Shown here: in pieces, positions 1 through 9,467 of the stretch
Position numbering within the stretch: position 1 is the stretch's first letter
Layout of the letters: each line of letters starts with the position of its first letter
Assembly (NCBI GenBank): GCA_016840085.1
Contig: JAEOTA010000085.1
Location: forward strand, 17,441-81,440
Reading direction: 5' to 3'
Length of the DNA stretch: 64,000 nt
From: Promethearchaeota archaeon
GTDB taxonomy: Archaea; Asgardarchaeota; Lokiarchaeia; Sigyniarchaeales; SOKP01
Made by a program: the position numbers and the translations under genes
The notes under the pieces: generated by a model
What the model was told of the DNA's origin: nothing
The model's database searches: none
What the model saw: only the letters and a program-made list of their open reading frames with translations

Positions 1-546
1 CTGCTTTTATTCTGCTATCATATCCCTCTAAATAACCAGGATCGGTAATAAAATCTAATTTTTCGGGTAGCTTACGCTTTATGTGTTCATCTATAAGCCA
101 TATTAATCTTTTTGCCATACCTGCAATTTCGGTTGCTCCTCCACCTCCCGGTAAACGATAAATAGGTTTTTCATACGGGCCGACTACAGTTGTATTACAG
201 TTTCCATATTTATCAACCATGGAAGTACTTAATAATGCCACGGTTATTTCTCCTCTTTGGAGTATAGATAATGCATCGATAGAGTCCCCAACAAATAAAG
301 AATTTGGTACTAAAACAGGATCACTAATCGAGTAAGGCATTTTAATTGGTCTGGGAAGTTCGTCTTGAAATAATCCAACTTCTAGCACAAAGAAAAGATC
401 AGGACAATGGAGTAATTTTGCCATGTGGACCGCGAGAAAAGGCCAGTGAAAAGCATTAAATACAATATCATCATTTTTAATCTGTCTGCACGCCGACACT
501 AACATCATTTCAAAACCAGTATATTCTTTACAATACTCTCTCTCAT
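1..546 (-). CDS. Family I CoA-transferase subunit B (GctB/AtoA-like), C-terminus cut by window edge
   Basis: Not in the ORF track. Reverse translation from ATG at 546-544 gives MREYCKEYTGFEMMLVSACRQIKNDDIVFNAF...KPIYRLPGGGGATEIAGMAKRL..., open to position 1. The ATG overlaps the TAA of the upstream subunit A gene (TAATG). Confidence 0.7.
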
Positions 547-1481
547 TAGAACCCATAATCAACAGCTCCTTGTATTATACTTTTAGCTTTTAGAAATTTT
601 ATTTTATCCTCTCCTAAAACCTTCAAATATTCCTGTCGATCTTCGACTCCAGTTATCCATTTTTCAAGCCAATTTTCCCAATCTTCTATCGTTTTAGTTT
701 CTTTAGCGTAATTAAATCTATATTCTAAGTCTGTATAGTAAAAACCCTGCACATTGCTAGGATGAGCACCCCAGGGTTCATGTACGACAGCATCAACCTT
801 ATGGGCTCCAACTATTGTACGTTCGGGTGATTCCATAATGACTTTTTTATCCACAATCTCTTCTGCTGCAACAATAATTCTTTTGCACGCATTGATTCCA
901 TATTTAGTATCTCCTATTAATCCCCACAGTTGGGCATTTCCTTCATTATCTGACCGTTGAACCTGAATCACACCAACATCAGGATTTATTGCTGGAACAA
1001 CACATATCTCTTCCCCGGTAAAAGGGCATTTCACTCTTGCAACCTTTAATCCAACTTCTTTTGGATGATCAAAAATGCCTGTGCCAATAATTGAACGAAT
1101 TGGTACAAACGGGATGCCCATATAACCGGCAAAAAAGGACATATTTATCATAAATAGTGATTGTTCATTATATATTATTTTTTGAGGTATTCCTTTTTCC
1201 ATAGCTCTTTTGAGATTCCATGCCGGTTGTGGACCAGTACCATTCCAACAATGTGAAGTAACGATGTGATTAGTAACTCCCGCACCTATTAATTGATCGA
1301 AGAGGATTCCTCCACCACACTTACACACTTTAAGATTTCTTATATCTTGTCTAATAATTTCATGAGCAGCAGAAAAGGTCATGCCATTCCCAAATCCACC
1401 AAAGAAAACAAAATTATCATTATGAACAAACTTACTTATCGCTTCTTTCATGTTCATTAATTTATCGGAAATATTATTCAC
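546..1481 (-). CDS. Family I CoA-transferase subunit A (GctA/AtoD-like)
   Basis: 311 aa. N-terminus SKFVHNDNFVFFGGFGNGMTFSAAHEII is typical of glutaconate/3-oxoacid CoA-transferase alpha subunits. Coupled to the subunit B ORF downstream. Confidence 0.7.
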   Translation of the reverse strand: MNNISDKLMNMKEAISKFVHNDNFVFFGGFGNGMTFSAAHEIIRQDIRNLKVCKCGGGILFDQLIGAGVTNHIVTSHCWNGTGPQPAWNLKRAMEKGIPQKIIYNEQSLFMINMSFFAGYMGIPFVPIRSIIGTGIFDHPKEVGLKVARVKCPFTGEEICVVPAINPDVGVIQVQRSDNEGNAQLWGLIGDTKYGINACKRIIVAAEEIVDKKVIMESPERTIVGAHKVDAVVHEPWGAHPSNVQGFYYTDLEYRFNYAKETKTIEDWENWLEKWITGVEDRQEYLKVLGEDKIKFLKAKSIIQGAVDYGF

Positions 1482-1938
1482 CTTTACATAAATGTTTAGA
1501 CCATATCATAATTCGATAATATGTAATTTACTTTTAGACCATTTAAAAATTTATACATTTAGCTTAAATGGTCTTTAGGTGAACTAAATTAATAATGTAA
1601 TAATTAAAGCACACTTTTTTAGAGAATTAATTATTCTTCTCTTATTTGAGGTGAATTTATGAGTATGGAAAAATGATCAATTACACTTATGGAATATTTC
1701 ATTAGATAATGAACGAAATGAAAAGCAAATGTTTAATGAAAATATATACAAAAAATTAATGTGTAAATGAGATTAATCGAATTTGTTATTTTTTAATAAA
1801 GTTAAAGTTATAATTCGAATTGCTAGTAGAACTTTTTTTGTAATTCAATATTATCTATGAAAACTACCAATTAATTAAAATAAATTTAAATGAAAAAGTT
1901 AAAGTTAAAAAAAAACCATAATATAAATAGAAGAAACC

Positions 1939-2853
1939 ATGAATTATGTAGTTGGAAATTTGGAAGACCCCGTATTTAGACCTCCTTCTGAGTGGAATGC
2001 TTTATTGATTGCTGTAACCAATGGATGTACTCATAAATGCACATTCTGCTCTATGTATAGATCAAAAACATTCTCTATTCGTAAAGATATCGAAGAAATT
2101 AAAAAAGATATTAAAAGAGCGGGTGCTATTTATGGAAATCGAGTACATAAAATATTTTTCGAAGATGGAAATGCTTTTGTTGTTAAACCTGAGATTCTTA
2201 CTGAGTTAACCAAATATTGTTATAAAATTCATCCAAATCTCAAAAAAGTTAGTTCATATGCTCATGCCAAAGATATCATAAAAAAATCCGATGAGGATTT
2301 AAAAAGACTTGCAGAAAGCGGATTTACGATGGTTTACGTGGGCATTGAAAGTGGAGATGATGAGGTTCTAAAAGCTTGTAAAAAAGGAGCTACACAAGAT
2401 GAGTTTACTCTTGCGGCACAAAAATGCTATAAAGCAGGAATCTCTTGGTCGGGTATTTTTTTATTAGGACTCGCCGGAAATGATCCTGAAAAAAGCAGAA
2501 AACATGCAATTGAATCTGCTAAATTGATTAATAGAATGACTCCACCAACTCCGATTGATTGGTATATATCACCTTTAACATTAGGTATTACTCCCGGAAC
2601 TGAGTTGTGGACACAAAAATCAACAGGAGAATTCCAACCGTGTTCTAGTACTCAAATTTTAGAAGAATTATATACAATGATAGAATACACATCTGATGAT
2701 TTGCAGAAGTGTATATTTAACACAAACCACGCATCAAATTATTTAAGTTTGAAAGGAGAACTAGCGAGAGATAAGGAAAAATTTCTTAAAATTATAGAAA
2801 CAGGGATTAAAAACCCAAACATGCGTCGACCTGATTATCTTCGTAGCTTATAA
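1939..2853 (+). CDS. Radical SAM domain protein
   Basis: CxxxCxxC motif in VTNGCTHKCTFCSMY, followed by a TIM-barrel-like region (VYVGIESGDDEVL). Confidence 0.8.
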   Translation: MNYVVGNLEDPVFRPPSEWNALLIAVTNGCTHKCTFCSMYRSKTFSIRKDIEEIKKDIKRAGAIYGNRVHKIFFEDGNAFVVKPEILTELTKYCYKIHPNLKKVSSYAHAKDIIKKSDEDLKRLAESGFTMVYVGIESGDDEVLKACKKGATQDEFTLAAQKCYKAGISWSGIFLLGLAGNDPEKSRKHAIESAKLINRMTPPTPIDWYISPLTLGITPGTELWTQKSTGEFQPCSSTQILEELYTMIEYTSDDLQKCIFNTNHASNYLSLKGELARDKEKFLKIIETGIKNPNMRRPDYLRSL

Positions 2854-2909
2854 AAATTCATATTACTTATTCCTGAACCAGATATGGATTATTATTAATG
2901 AGGTAAATT

Positions 2910-3140
2910 ATGAACAATCCGAAATGTATAATGAAAGGTTGTAATAACAATAGCCGCCATAAAGATAAATTCCTTTGTCAAAAACATTGGAAAAATCTAA
3001 GGAGAACTTCATGTAAGCAGATAAAAAATGTTATTACTTTTTTGAATGAACTCGAACTTGAACCAAATTCTCAGAAAGGAATTTTAAGAGAGAATTTGAA
3101 AAGTGAATTAAATTCAGTTTTAAAGAGAAGAAGACGGTAA
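2910..3140 (+). CDS. Small basic Cys/His-rich protein (putative zinc finger)
   Basis: 76 aa. CIMKGC...FLCQKHW motif and a basic C-terminus (KRRRR). GAGGT Shine-Dalgarno-like motif about 7 nt upstream of the ATG. Confidence 0.45.
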   Translation: MNNPKCIMKGCNNNSRHKDKFLCQKHWKNLRRTSCKQIKNVITFLNELELEPNSQKGILRENLKSELNSVLKRRRR

Positions 3141-3364
3141 TTATTGAAGATTTAAAAATAAATTTTATAGGTTATAAAAAAAATCCTTAGAAGTGGGGAT
3201 ATACCATACTATTTGTTAAAAGAATATTCTGATGAAATAATAAAAAATAAAGAATTAATGATCGAGCAATAGCTAAAGCCTTGGTCCGACGCTCTGAACT
3301 ATTTTTCAAAAATTTAAAAAATAGAGAGGAATTAATAACAGTAATTTCAAAATTTTGTTAAAAT

Positions 3365-4387
3365 GTGATGTATATGACTGTAAATTTTTTAGATTTAATG
3401 CATATTGAGATTACGGTTCCTGATGCTGAAGAAGCTTATCGAATTCTTCATAATGTTTTTGGTGCGGAAAAAGTCCAAGAGGAATTCGCAGGTTTTTTGG
3501 ATGGAGAATATAATAAAGTGATTCATGTTGGTCTTGGTGATGTAGTGCTGCAATTTATCGAACCCCTAGCAGAAGGAAGCTCTTGGGACATCCAACTGAA
3601 AACTAAAGGTCCTGGAGTTCATAATTTGACTTTTGGTGTAGAAAGTGCTGAAGAAACAGCGAATAAATTGGAAAAATTAGGAGGTATTAAGCCTCTATTT
3701 ACATTTGATCTAGAATGGGATAAAATGATTCCTTCTCAATTCCTAAAACCTGGAGTTAAGAAAGTATTTATGATGGATTCCATGGAAAAAATTGGATTTC
3801 ACTTAGAGTTCGGTGATAATCCTGTGAAAGAGGACATTAATGTATTTCCTCAAACTAAATACGTTACTGGGCATGACGAATTAATTGGGAACGTTTCACC
3901 AATGTTACACATTGAACTAGTAACCCCTGATTTAGAGAAAACATATGAGTTCTTACATAAAGTTTTTGGTTCAGAAAAAGTGGAAATCGAGTTTGCAAAT
4001 TTTTTAGATACTCCATTTATGCGTATCATGCATGTGAATTTAAGTAATGTTGTATTGCAGTATTGTCAGCCTATGGTTAAAGTAAAAACAGAAATGGGAA
4101 GTTGGTATAACCTTTTAGAAAAAAACGGGGCATACGTACACAACATAACTTTTGTTGTAGATGATCTTGATGATATTGTAGAAAAATTCAAAAAAGAGGG
4201 AATAAATCCTCTTTTCACGTTTGATCTACAATGGGAAAAGTTAAATGAGAATATTAAATCTAAGACAAAACCAGTACATATGATGAATACTCTTGAAAAG
4301 TTGGGTTTTCATATGGAACTTGGTGAAATAACAACAGACGAAGAACTTGAGGCTTTTTCAGAATTATTATACATAGATTTAAAGTAA
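3365..4387 (+). CDS. Tandem-domain VOC (glyoxalase/dioxygenase/epimerase-like) superfamily protein
   Basis: Two internal repeats: MHIEITVPDAEEAYRILHNVFGAEKVQEEFAGFLD and LHIELVTPDLEKTYEFLHKVFGSEKVEIEFANFLD. Each is followed by HNLTF/HNITF and FHLEFG/FHMELG. Confidence 0.65.
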   Translation: MMYMTVNFLDLMHIEITVPDAEEAYRILHNVFGAEKVQEEFAGFLDGEYNKVIHVGLGDVVLQFIEPLAEGSSWDIQLKTKGPGVHNLTFGVESAEETANKLEKLGGIKPLFTFDLEWDKMIPSQFLKPGVKKVFMMDSMEKIGFHLEFGDNPVKEDINVFPQTKYVTGHDELIGNVSPMLHIELVTPDLEKTYEFLHKVFGSEKVEIEFANFLDTPFMRIMHVNLSNVVLQYCQPMVKVKTEMGSWYNLLEKNGAYVHNITFVVDDLDDIVEKFKKEGINPLFTFDLQWEKLNENIKSKTKPVHMMNTLEKLGFHMELGEITTDEELEAFSELLYIDLK

Positions 4388-4443
4388 AAATAGTATATAA
4401 TAGAGTAGAGCCGTAAACAAGGAGCTCTATTAAAATATAAAAA

Positions 4444-5616
4444 TTAATAACCAATTTTTTCTAACTTTCGAGCTGCTGCTTGAAGTGTTTCTTCTTTTTT
4501 ACAAAAACAAAATCTAGTTTGAAATTGCCCGTCTTGAGGATTTGCATAAAAAGAGGAGCCGGGTACAGTAACTATCCCAATATCTTTTACTAAATGAATA
4601 GCTAAATCCATAGATGTTTTAAGATCTTGTCTCTTCATGTATTCTTTACAATTTGTCATCATATAATATGCTCCCTTTGGTTTAATTGGTCTGAGATTTG
4701 TATTTTTCAAGGCATTAAAAAGAATATCTCTTGCCTTTTGATAGAAATCCTTTAATGATTGATAATATTCATCTTCTAAAGATAAAGCAAAAGCACCAGC
4801 TTCTTGAAGTGGAGCAGGTGCACCAACTGTCAAGAAATCGTGTACTTTTTTGATTTCATTTGTAATACGTTCACAAGCAATCGCCCATCCAACTCGCCAC
4901 CCCGTTAAGGAATAGGTTTTAGAGATTGAATTGATAGTTATTGAGTTATCTTGCATCCCAGATAAAGACGCAATTGAGATATGTTTCTTATTATCATATA
5001 ATATATGTTCATAAATTTCGTCTGTAATGGCGATTGCATTATAATCTAGACACAAATCTGCGATAAGTTTTAATTCTTCTTGATTATATACCTTACCAGT
5101 GGGATTATTTGGAGTATTTATAATTATTGCTTTTGTTTTTTTATTGAATAACATTTTTAAGCCTTCGGGTTCCAATGACCAACTGGGAGCTTGCAATTGA
5201 ATATAACGAGGTTTCGCGCCAGAAAGGAGACAATCTGGTCCATAATTTTCATAAAAAGGCTCGAAAATGATAATTTCATCTCCTGGATTTATAATTGCTT
5301 TCATAGCGGAAATCATCGCTTCTGTTGAACCACATGTTACAGTAATATTTTTATTAGGATCTACAAATTTAATTTTATTGTATTTTGAAATTTTATCTAC
5401 AATAGCCTTTCTTAATGATAAAGCCCCCCATGTAATTGAGTATTGGTTGATATCATCTTTAATTGCATTTATTGCCGCATTTTTTATTGATTCTGGTGCT
5501 GGAAAATCTGGAAATCCTTGTGCTAGATTAATACTTCTAGGGTGTTGATGTGCTATGCGTGTCATTTCACGTATAACTGATTCAGTAAAAGATTCTGTAA
5601 TTTTGGAAAGATCCAT
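4444..5616 (-). CDS. PLP-dependent aminotransferase, class I/II
   Basis: 390 aa. Lysine motif SISKTYSLTGWRVGW, NPTGKVY, C-terminal RFCFCK. Confidence 0.85.
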   Translation of the reverse strand: MDLSKITESFTESVIREMTRIAHQHPRSINLAQGFPDFPAPESIKNAAINAIKDDINQYSITWGALSLRKAIVDKISKYNKIKFVDPNKNITVTCGSTEAMISAMKAIINPGDEIIIFEPFYENYGPDCLLSGAKPRYIQLQAPSWSLEPEGLKMLFNKKTKAIIINTPNNPTGKVYNQEELKLIADLCLDYNAIAITDEIYEHILYDNKKHISIASLSGMQDNSITINSISKTYSLTGWRVGWAIACERITNEIKKVHDFLTVGAPAPLQEAGAFALSLEDEYYQSLKDFYQKARDILFNALKNTNLRPIKPKGAYYMMTNCKEYMKRQDLKTSMDLAIHLVKDIGIVTVPGSSFYANPQDGQFQTRFCFCKKEETLQAAARKLEKIGY

Positions 5617-5809
5617 AAATGATAAAAAATGAAAAAGTATAAGAATTTGATTAAAAGGATTTATCAGTAATAAGAAAAAAGAAAGTTAACTTATTCTTAT
5701 TAATTTAAATCTCTTAGTATAATTTAATACAATATATTAAATATCAAGTCAATTTTGTAATTTAGAATCAAAAATTATTCTAAAAACCATTTGAGTAAGC
5801 AAAAGTATT

Positions 5810-6262
5810 ATGCGAAGTGATTTAAAAAGAAAATTGGGAGGTATTTGCCTCATATGTGGGGGATTATTAATTATAATACCTCTAATAGTTATTATCAGCA
5901 ATATAATAGTAAATCCGACTATCCCTTGGGCAGATTTAGCAATTACTATCAATCTTTGGTTTATATTTTTTTGTGTCTTAATATTTATTCTTCCCGCAAT
6001 TTATTTAATATACACAAGTAGACCATCACCCACAGTAATATATAATGGGCCTGCTCTAGCTTGGTTCGTTACTATTATTATTTTGACATTAATTTGCATT
6101 GTAATTATTACCTTAGCAGGAGGAACAGTAGCTAGGTCTTCTCAGGGTATAGATTTTACAACTTTTTTCTATGGAAATTTTGGATACTGCCTTGGATTAG
6201 GATTTATCTTTTGTTTTTTAGTTATTTGTTTTGGCTTAATTACTGCTAAGTTAAACCATTAA
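5810..6262 (+). CDS. Hypothetical polytopic membrane protein
   Basis: 150 aa, about 4 hydrophobic helices. No family recognised. Confidence 0.5.
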   Translation: MRSDLKRKLGGICLICGGLLIIIPLIVIISNIIVNPTIPWADLAITINLWFIFFCVLIFILPAIYLIYTSRPSPTVIYNGPALAWFVTIIILTLICIVIITLAGGTVARSSQGIDFTTFFYGNFGYCLGLGFIFCFLVICFGLITAKLNH

Positions 6263-6283
6263 TTATAATTTTAGAGATTAAAC

Positions 6284-6700
6284 ATGATAGTATTAGCAAG
6301 AAATAAAGAAGAAGTAGGAATATCTGCTATCGATTTCTTTAGTTGTACTCATATAGTTCTTGGATACTTAATACTTTTGACTAATTATACTATTTTAAAT
6401 TTAAGTTTTGAAATTTCATTTGATTATTTTCTTTTATTGCTAAATATAATAGCATCATTAAGTTGGGAACTTTTAGAAAATTTTGTTCTTTACAAATTTA
6501 AAATAAAATATCGACATAGAAGGGACAGTAAAATAAATGTTTTTATGGATATGGTTTTTTTCTTTTTTGGGGGTTTGATTGGAATGTATATTATTCACCA
6601 AAATCTTACTTTCTTTATAATTTGCACATTTATAATTATTGGTGGTTTTCTTTTAATTACGGATATTTATGCCTTTGTATTATTAAAAACCAAAAAGTAA
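6284..6700 (+). CDS. Hypothetical membrane protein
   Basis: 138 aa, hydrophobic. Follows the previous membrane ORF after a 21-nt gap. Confidence 0.5.
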   Translation: MIVLARNKEEVGISAIDFFSCTHIVLGYLILLTNYTILNLSFEISFDYFLLLLNIIASLSWELLENFVLYKFKIKYRHRRDSKINVFMDMVFFFFGGLIGMYIIHQNLTFFIICTFIIIGGFLLITDIYAFVLLKTKK

Positions 6701-6759
6701 AAAAATCATTGGAAGAATAGAAATCTTTTTTATTTGATTTTTAATTCACGTTAGTTATA

Positions 6760-6900
6760 ATGATTGATTCTGAAATTAAACACTTGAAAAGAAGAAAAAT
6801 AAAAAGAATTTTATTATGGATTCTAGTCGGAGCAATCGTTGTAACATTTATAGTAGCAATAGTATTAACGATTTTGAGTTTTGAAGTAGATACCCAGTGA
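6760..6900 (+). CDS. Small single-pass membrane protein (46 aa), not in ORF track
   Basis: ATG 6760 to TGA 6898-6900: MIDSEIKHLKRRKIKRILLWILVGAIVVTFIVAIVLTILSFEVDTQ. A basic N-region followed by one TM helix is more protein-like than the antisense 6741..6983 ORF. Confidence 0.4.
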   Translation: MIDSEIKHLKRRKIKRILLWILVGAIVVTFIVAIVLTILSFEVDTQ

Positions 6901-7119
6901 CCTTCAGCATGTATGATAACTGGTTCTTTATTACAAAAAGAAATATGCCCGTTCGAGAATTTAAATTTTATAAAAAATATCATAAAAGGTACATAATTCG
7001 ATTATAACCGAATTGAATGACTTTTGCAAAGAAAAGATAGTTGTAAAAGGACTACCCCTGCAAGGGTTTCGGTTTTTTATTTTAATTTATTTCAAAGAAG
7101 GAAAGTAATAGTTTTATTA

Positions 7120-7584
7120 TTAGAATCCCCAAGAGATTTTTTGTATTGGATTCATTTGCATAATACGTCGTGTATTTGGATCTGTTGGGCTTAAATCTTC
7201 TTGTGCCCACGTTTTATATTGAGGATATTTTTCAATAAGTTGTTTCCACCCTTTCATGAATCGTACTGAATGATCTTGGTAATTCAAAATAGAAATTGTC
7301 ACATTGATAAGAATTCCTCGTAGCCTTAACCATTTTCCATTATTTTCAACATATTCATCAAATAACAATGAAACTCTACTTCCTTTATTAATATTTAGCA
7401 AGCGTTTGCTAGTGTTACGAAGTGTCGTAAAAAAAGTATTACCATCAAAACTATAGCAGATTGGTATTATATGTGGAAAGCTATTAGTAGGATCTAGTGT
7501 TCAAATCCGTGCTACACGGGATCTGTTTAAAAATTCATTCTCTGATTTAGAGAGTAAAAAATCATTTAACACTGAATTAATCAA
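7120..7584 (-). pseudogene. PPOX-class (F420/FMN-dependent, pyridoxamine 5'-phosphate oxidase-like) protein interrupted by an in-frame TGA at 7501-7503
   Basis: Reverse translation from TTG 7584 (or GTG 7572): ...ENEFLNRSRVARI*TLDPTNSFPHIIPICYSFDGNTFFTTLRNTSKRLLNINKGSRVSLLFDEY...LIEKYPQYKTW.... This matches the family pattern RVARLATVDxxGxPHvvPvCF...SLLvDhY...KYPQY. The stop sits at the usual Ala/Gly position. Confidence 0.7.
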
Positions 7585-7618
7585 CTCTTTATATGAAATT
7601 TTAAATTGTAAATAAAAA

Positions 7619-7876
7619 TTGATTAAAGAGTTATACTCTTTCTTTTTTATTATTTGCTATTTAGTTAATTATTTTCAAATTCTTATGAAAAATTTTAAAA
7701 AATCTGTAGACTTAGAGATAAATATGGTTAATGCTGACTTAATAGTTAATGAAAAAAAGATCCCTTTAAAAGACTTTATGCAGGAATTGCTTACAAATAT
7801 AATTCTAGGTTATGTAAATTCTACTAGAGGAGTACCTGAAAACATTGAAACTATAAATATCGAAATTACTCTATAA
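7619..7876 (+). CDS. Hypothetical small protein (likely starts at ATG 7685)
   Basis: ORF track entry begins at TTG. MKNFKKSVDLEINMVNADLIVNEKKIPLKDFMQELL... from ATG 7685 looks more plausible. No family recognised. Confidence 0.35.
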   Translation: MIKELYSFFFIICYLVNYFQILMKNFKKSVDLEINMVNADLIVNEKKIPLKDFMQELLTNIILGYVNSTRGVPENIETINIEITL

Positions 7877-7955
7877 ATTTCTTACTTTTTATTTTTATTT
7901 TATTTTAAAACATTAAAGTGAAAAAAAAGGAATATATTTAAAAATATTTATTTAA

Positions 7956-9281
7956 TTATCTGAGTTCTTGAATTGCTTTTTCTTTTGCTGTTCGCTCTTC
8001 TTCTGTTAGTTCTGCTTCTCCTTTTTTTACGAAAAACATGAATATCAAGGCAATAATGAAGAAAAATGAGCTTACTAAAAATAATGTATAATTACCGAGT
8101 AAATCTATTAATGAGCCCACCAAAAATGGTCCTAATATTGCTGCCATAAAACTAAAGAAATAATATACACCTGTATACGTTCCTATTTTTTTGCTTGTAG
8201 GAGCCATTTCCCATACTATTACTATTGAATTGATATTAATAAATCCCCATCCAACACCAGCGACAAATAAAATTATTGTAATCACAGTGACTGTTTGGAT
8301 TAAAAAACCAATAATTAGAGCACCAATAAAAAGGATTAATCCAATTTTTATTGTCAATCTTCTACCTATTTTTGAACCTAATATACCTGCTGGAACTGCT
8401 GATAGAAGAAAAGCAACTGCTACATACAATAACATAAAACCAGCATCCCCTCGTTCTAGACCTAAAACATCCATCCCATAAACTGTGTAAAGAGCTTCTA
8501 ATGCTTGATATCCTACGAACCATGCAAAAATTGCTAGTAAAATAAATAATGTAGACTTATCTTCTTCTGCCAGAATATCCTTAAAACTTTCTACTAAATT
8601 GGGTCTTTCTTTTTTATCTTTTATTTTAAGTCCTTCTTGTTCTTCCCTTTCTAAAATTAGTTTGTAACTATAAGAATCCTTCTCTCTTATTGTTAATAGT
8701 AAGATAATTAAAGACACAACCATAATTATCGCAACTGCTAAAAATGCTAAAAATAAACTAATTGGAACGAGAAATTTATTAAAAATATAAGCAATCAAGG
8801 CTCCAACTCCACCCATAAAGTTAATAGTTGCATTTCCTTTGCTTCTATTAACGGGTTCTACAAAATCTGGCATAAGAGCAACAGCTTGCGATCTATAAGA
8901 AGCCATGCTTACATTAAAGAAGAACATCCACAAAAGTAAAAGCCATAGAGGATCCTGGGATGAATTTATAGTTGAAATCATAACAAAAAATATCGCCGCA
9001 AGAGGTATCCCAATAATTAAATAGGGCATTCGCCGACCGAGCCTAGTTCGCGTATTATCTGAGACTGTACCCATAATGGGTTGGATACAAACTCCAATGA
9101 TATTATCCATTGCCATCCATGCTCCTACAAGAGCATAAGAGCCTAAATACTCAAATAGTGTAATATTAACTTGAGTATTGAACATTGACCAAGCTATACC
9201 AGTCGTAAAGAACGCTAACCCAATTAAAGTTGTTTGTGATAAATTAAATTTTTGTTTAGATTCTGACATAATTTTAACCAA
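7956..9281 (-). CDS. MFS transporter, glycoside-pentoside-hexuronide (GPH)/SLC45-like
   Basis: 441 aa, about 12 TM helices. Loop motif SDNTRTRLGRRMPYLIIG. Confidence 0.75.
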   Translation of the reverse strand: MVKIMSESKQKFNLSQTTLIGLAFFTTGIAWSMFNTQVNITLFEYLGSYALVGAWMAMDNIIGVCIQPIMGTVSDNTRTRLGRRMPYLIIGIPLAAIFFVMISTINSSQDPLWLLLLWMFFFNVSMASYRSQAVALMPDFVEPVNRSKGNATINFMGGVGALIAYIFNKFLVPISLFLAFLAVAIIMVVSLIILLLTIREKDSYSYKLILEREEQEGLKIKDKKERPNLVESFKDILAEEDKSTLFILLAIFAWFVGYQALEALYTVYGMDVLGLERGDAGFMLLYVAVAFLLSAVPAGILGSKIGRRLTIKIGLILFIGALIIGFLIQTVTVITIILFVAGVGWGFININSIVIVWEMAPTSKKIGTYTGVYYFFSFMAAILGPFLVGSLIDLLGNYTLFLVSSFFFIIALIFMFFVKKGEAELTEEERTAKEKAIQELR

Positions 9282-9467
9282 TTTTTTATAAATAATTGAT
9301 TATTTATTAAATCTTTAAATATTTAAAAGATCTTTCCAAAATAATTTTTATTTGCATCAAAAAAAGATTGAAACTAAGGAATGGTTAAAAATTTTTTTAC
9401 TTATATATTTGTAAGAAATTAATAGAATTCAATATTTACCTATCTAAAATTATGTTTTTTCAATATC

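Noticed and set aside
1660-1688. Five-codon mini-ORF (MSMEK*) preceded by GAGGTGA in the 1482-1938 intergenic region, and the twice-occurring AAAGTTAAAGTTA motif (about 1796 and 1895)
   Set aside because: Too short and unsupported to call a leader peptide or operator. Such matches are expected by chance in a 457-bp AT-rich spacer.
1939-2853. Radical SAM gene as the anaerobic sulfatase-maturing enzyme for the sulfatase at 53879..55189
   Set aside because: It is 50 kb away, only 304 aa, and lacks the additional C-terminal Cys clusters (SPASM) expected for anSME.
3258-3297. C/D-box sRNA candidate (ATGATCG ... CTGA) in a locally GC-richer intergenic patch
   Set aside because: The C box is imperfect, there are no recognisable C'/D' boxes at the expected spacing, and there is no terminal stem.
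6741-6983. 80-aa minus-strand ORF from the track
   Set aside because: Its sequence is low-complexity and antisense to a more protein-like 46-aa basic-plus-TM ORF (6760..6900). Probably spurious, though neither is proven.
7051-7078. Small hairpin CCCT-TGC-AGGG with a nearby GAAA in the 3' flank of the PPOX gene, considered as an archaeal SECIS
   Set aside because: The stem is only 4 bp, with no extended GC-rich lower helix and no proper GAA/A internal loop. More likely a trivial hairpin next to a T-run.
7501-7503. TGA reassignment (Trp or Sec) as an explanation for the in-frame TGAs at 7501, 31593 and 56661
   Set aside because: TGA clearly terminates several well-defined genes here (for example 10350-10352, 16971-16973, 18170-18172). 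All three stop codons are used as stops. The 7501 position aligns with Ala/Gly, not Cys. Known Sec positions in HdrA (DQCSWVH), MvhD and FwdB carry Cys codons. Sec cannot be fully excluded without a SECIS search.
7495-7520. GTTCAAATCC T-loop-like string plus a CGTG-CTA-CACG hairpin
   Set aside because: It lies inside the PPOX-class coding frame (encodes RVARI*TLD) and there is no tRNA structure around it.
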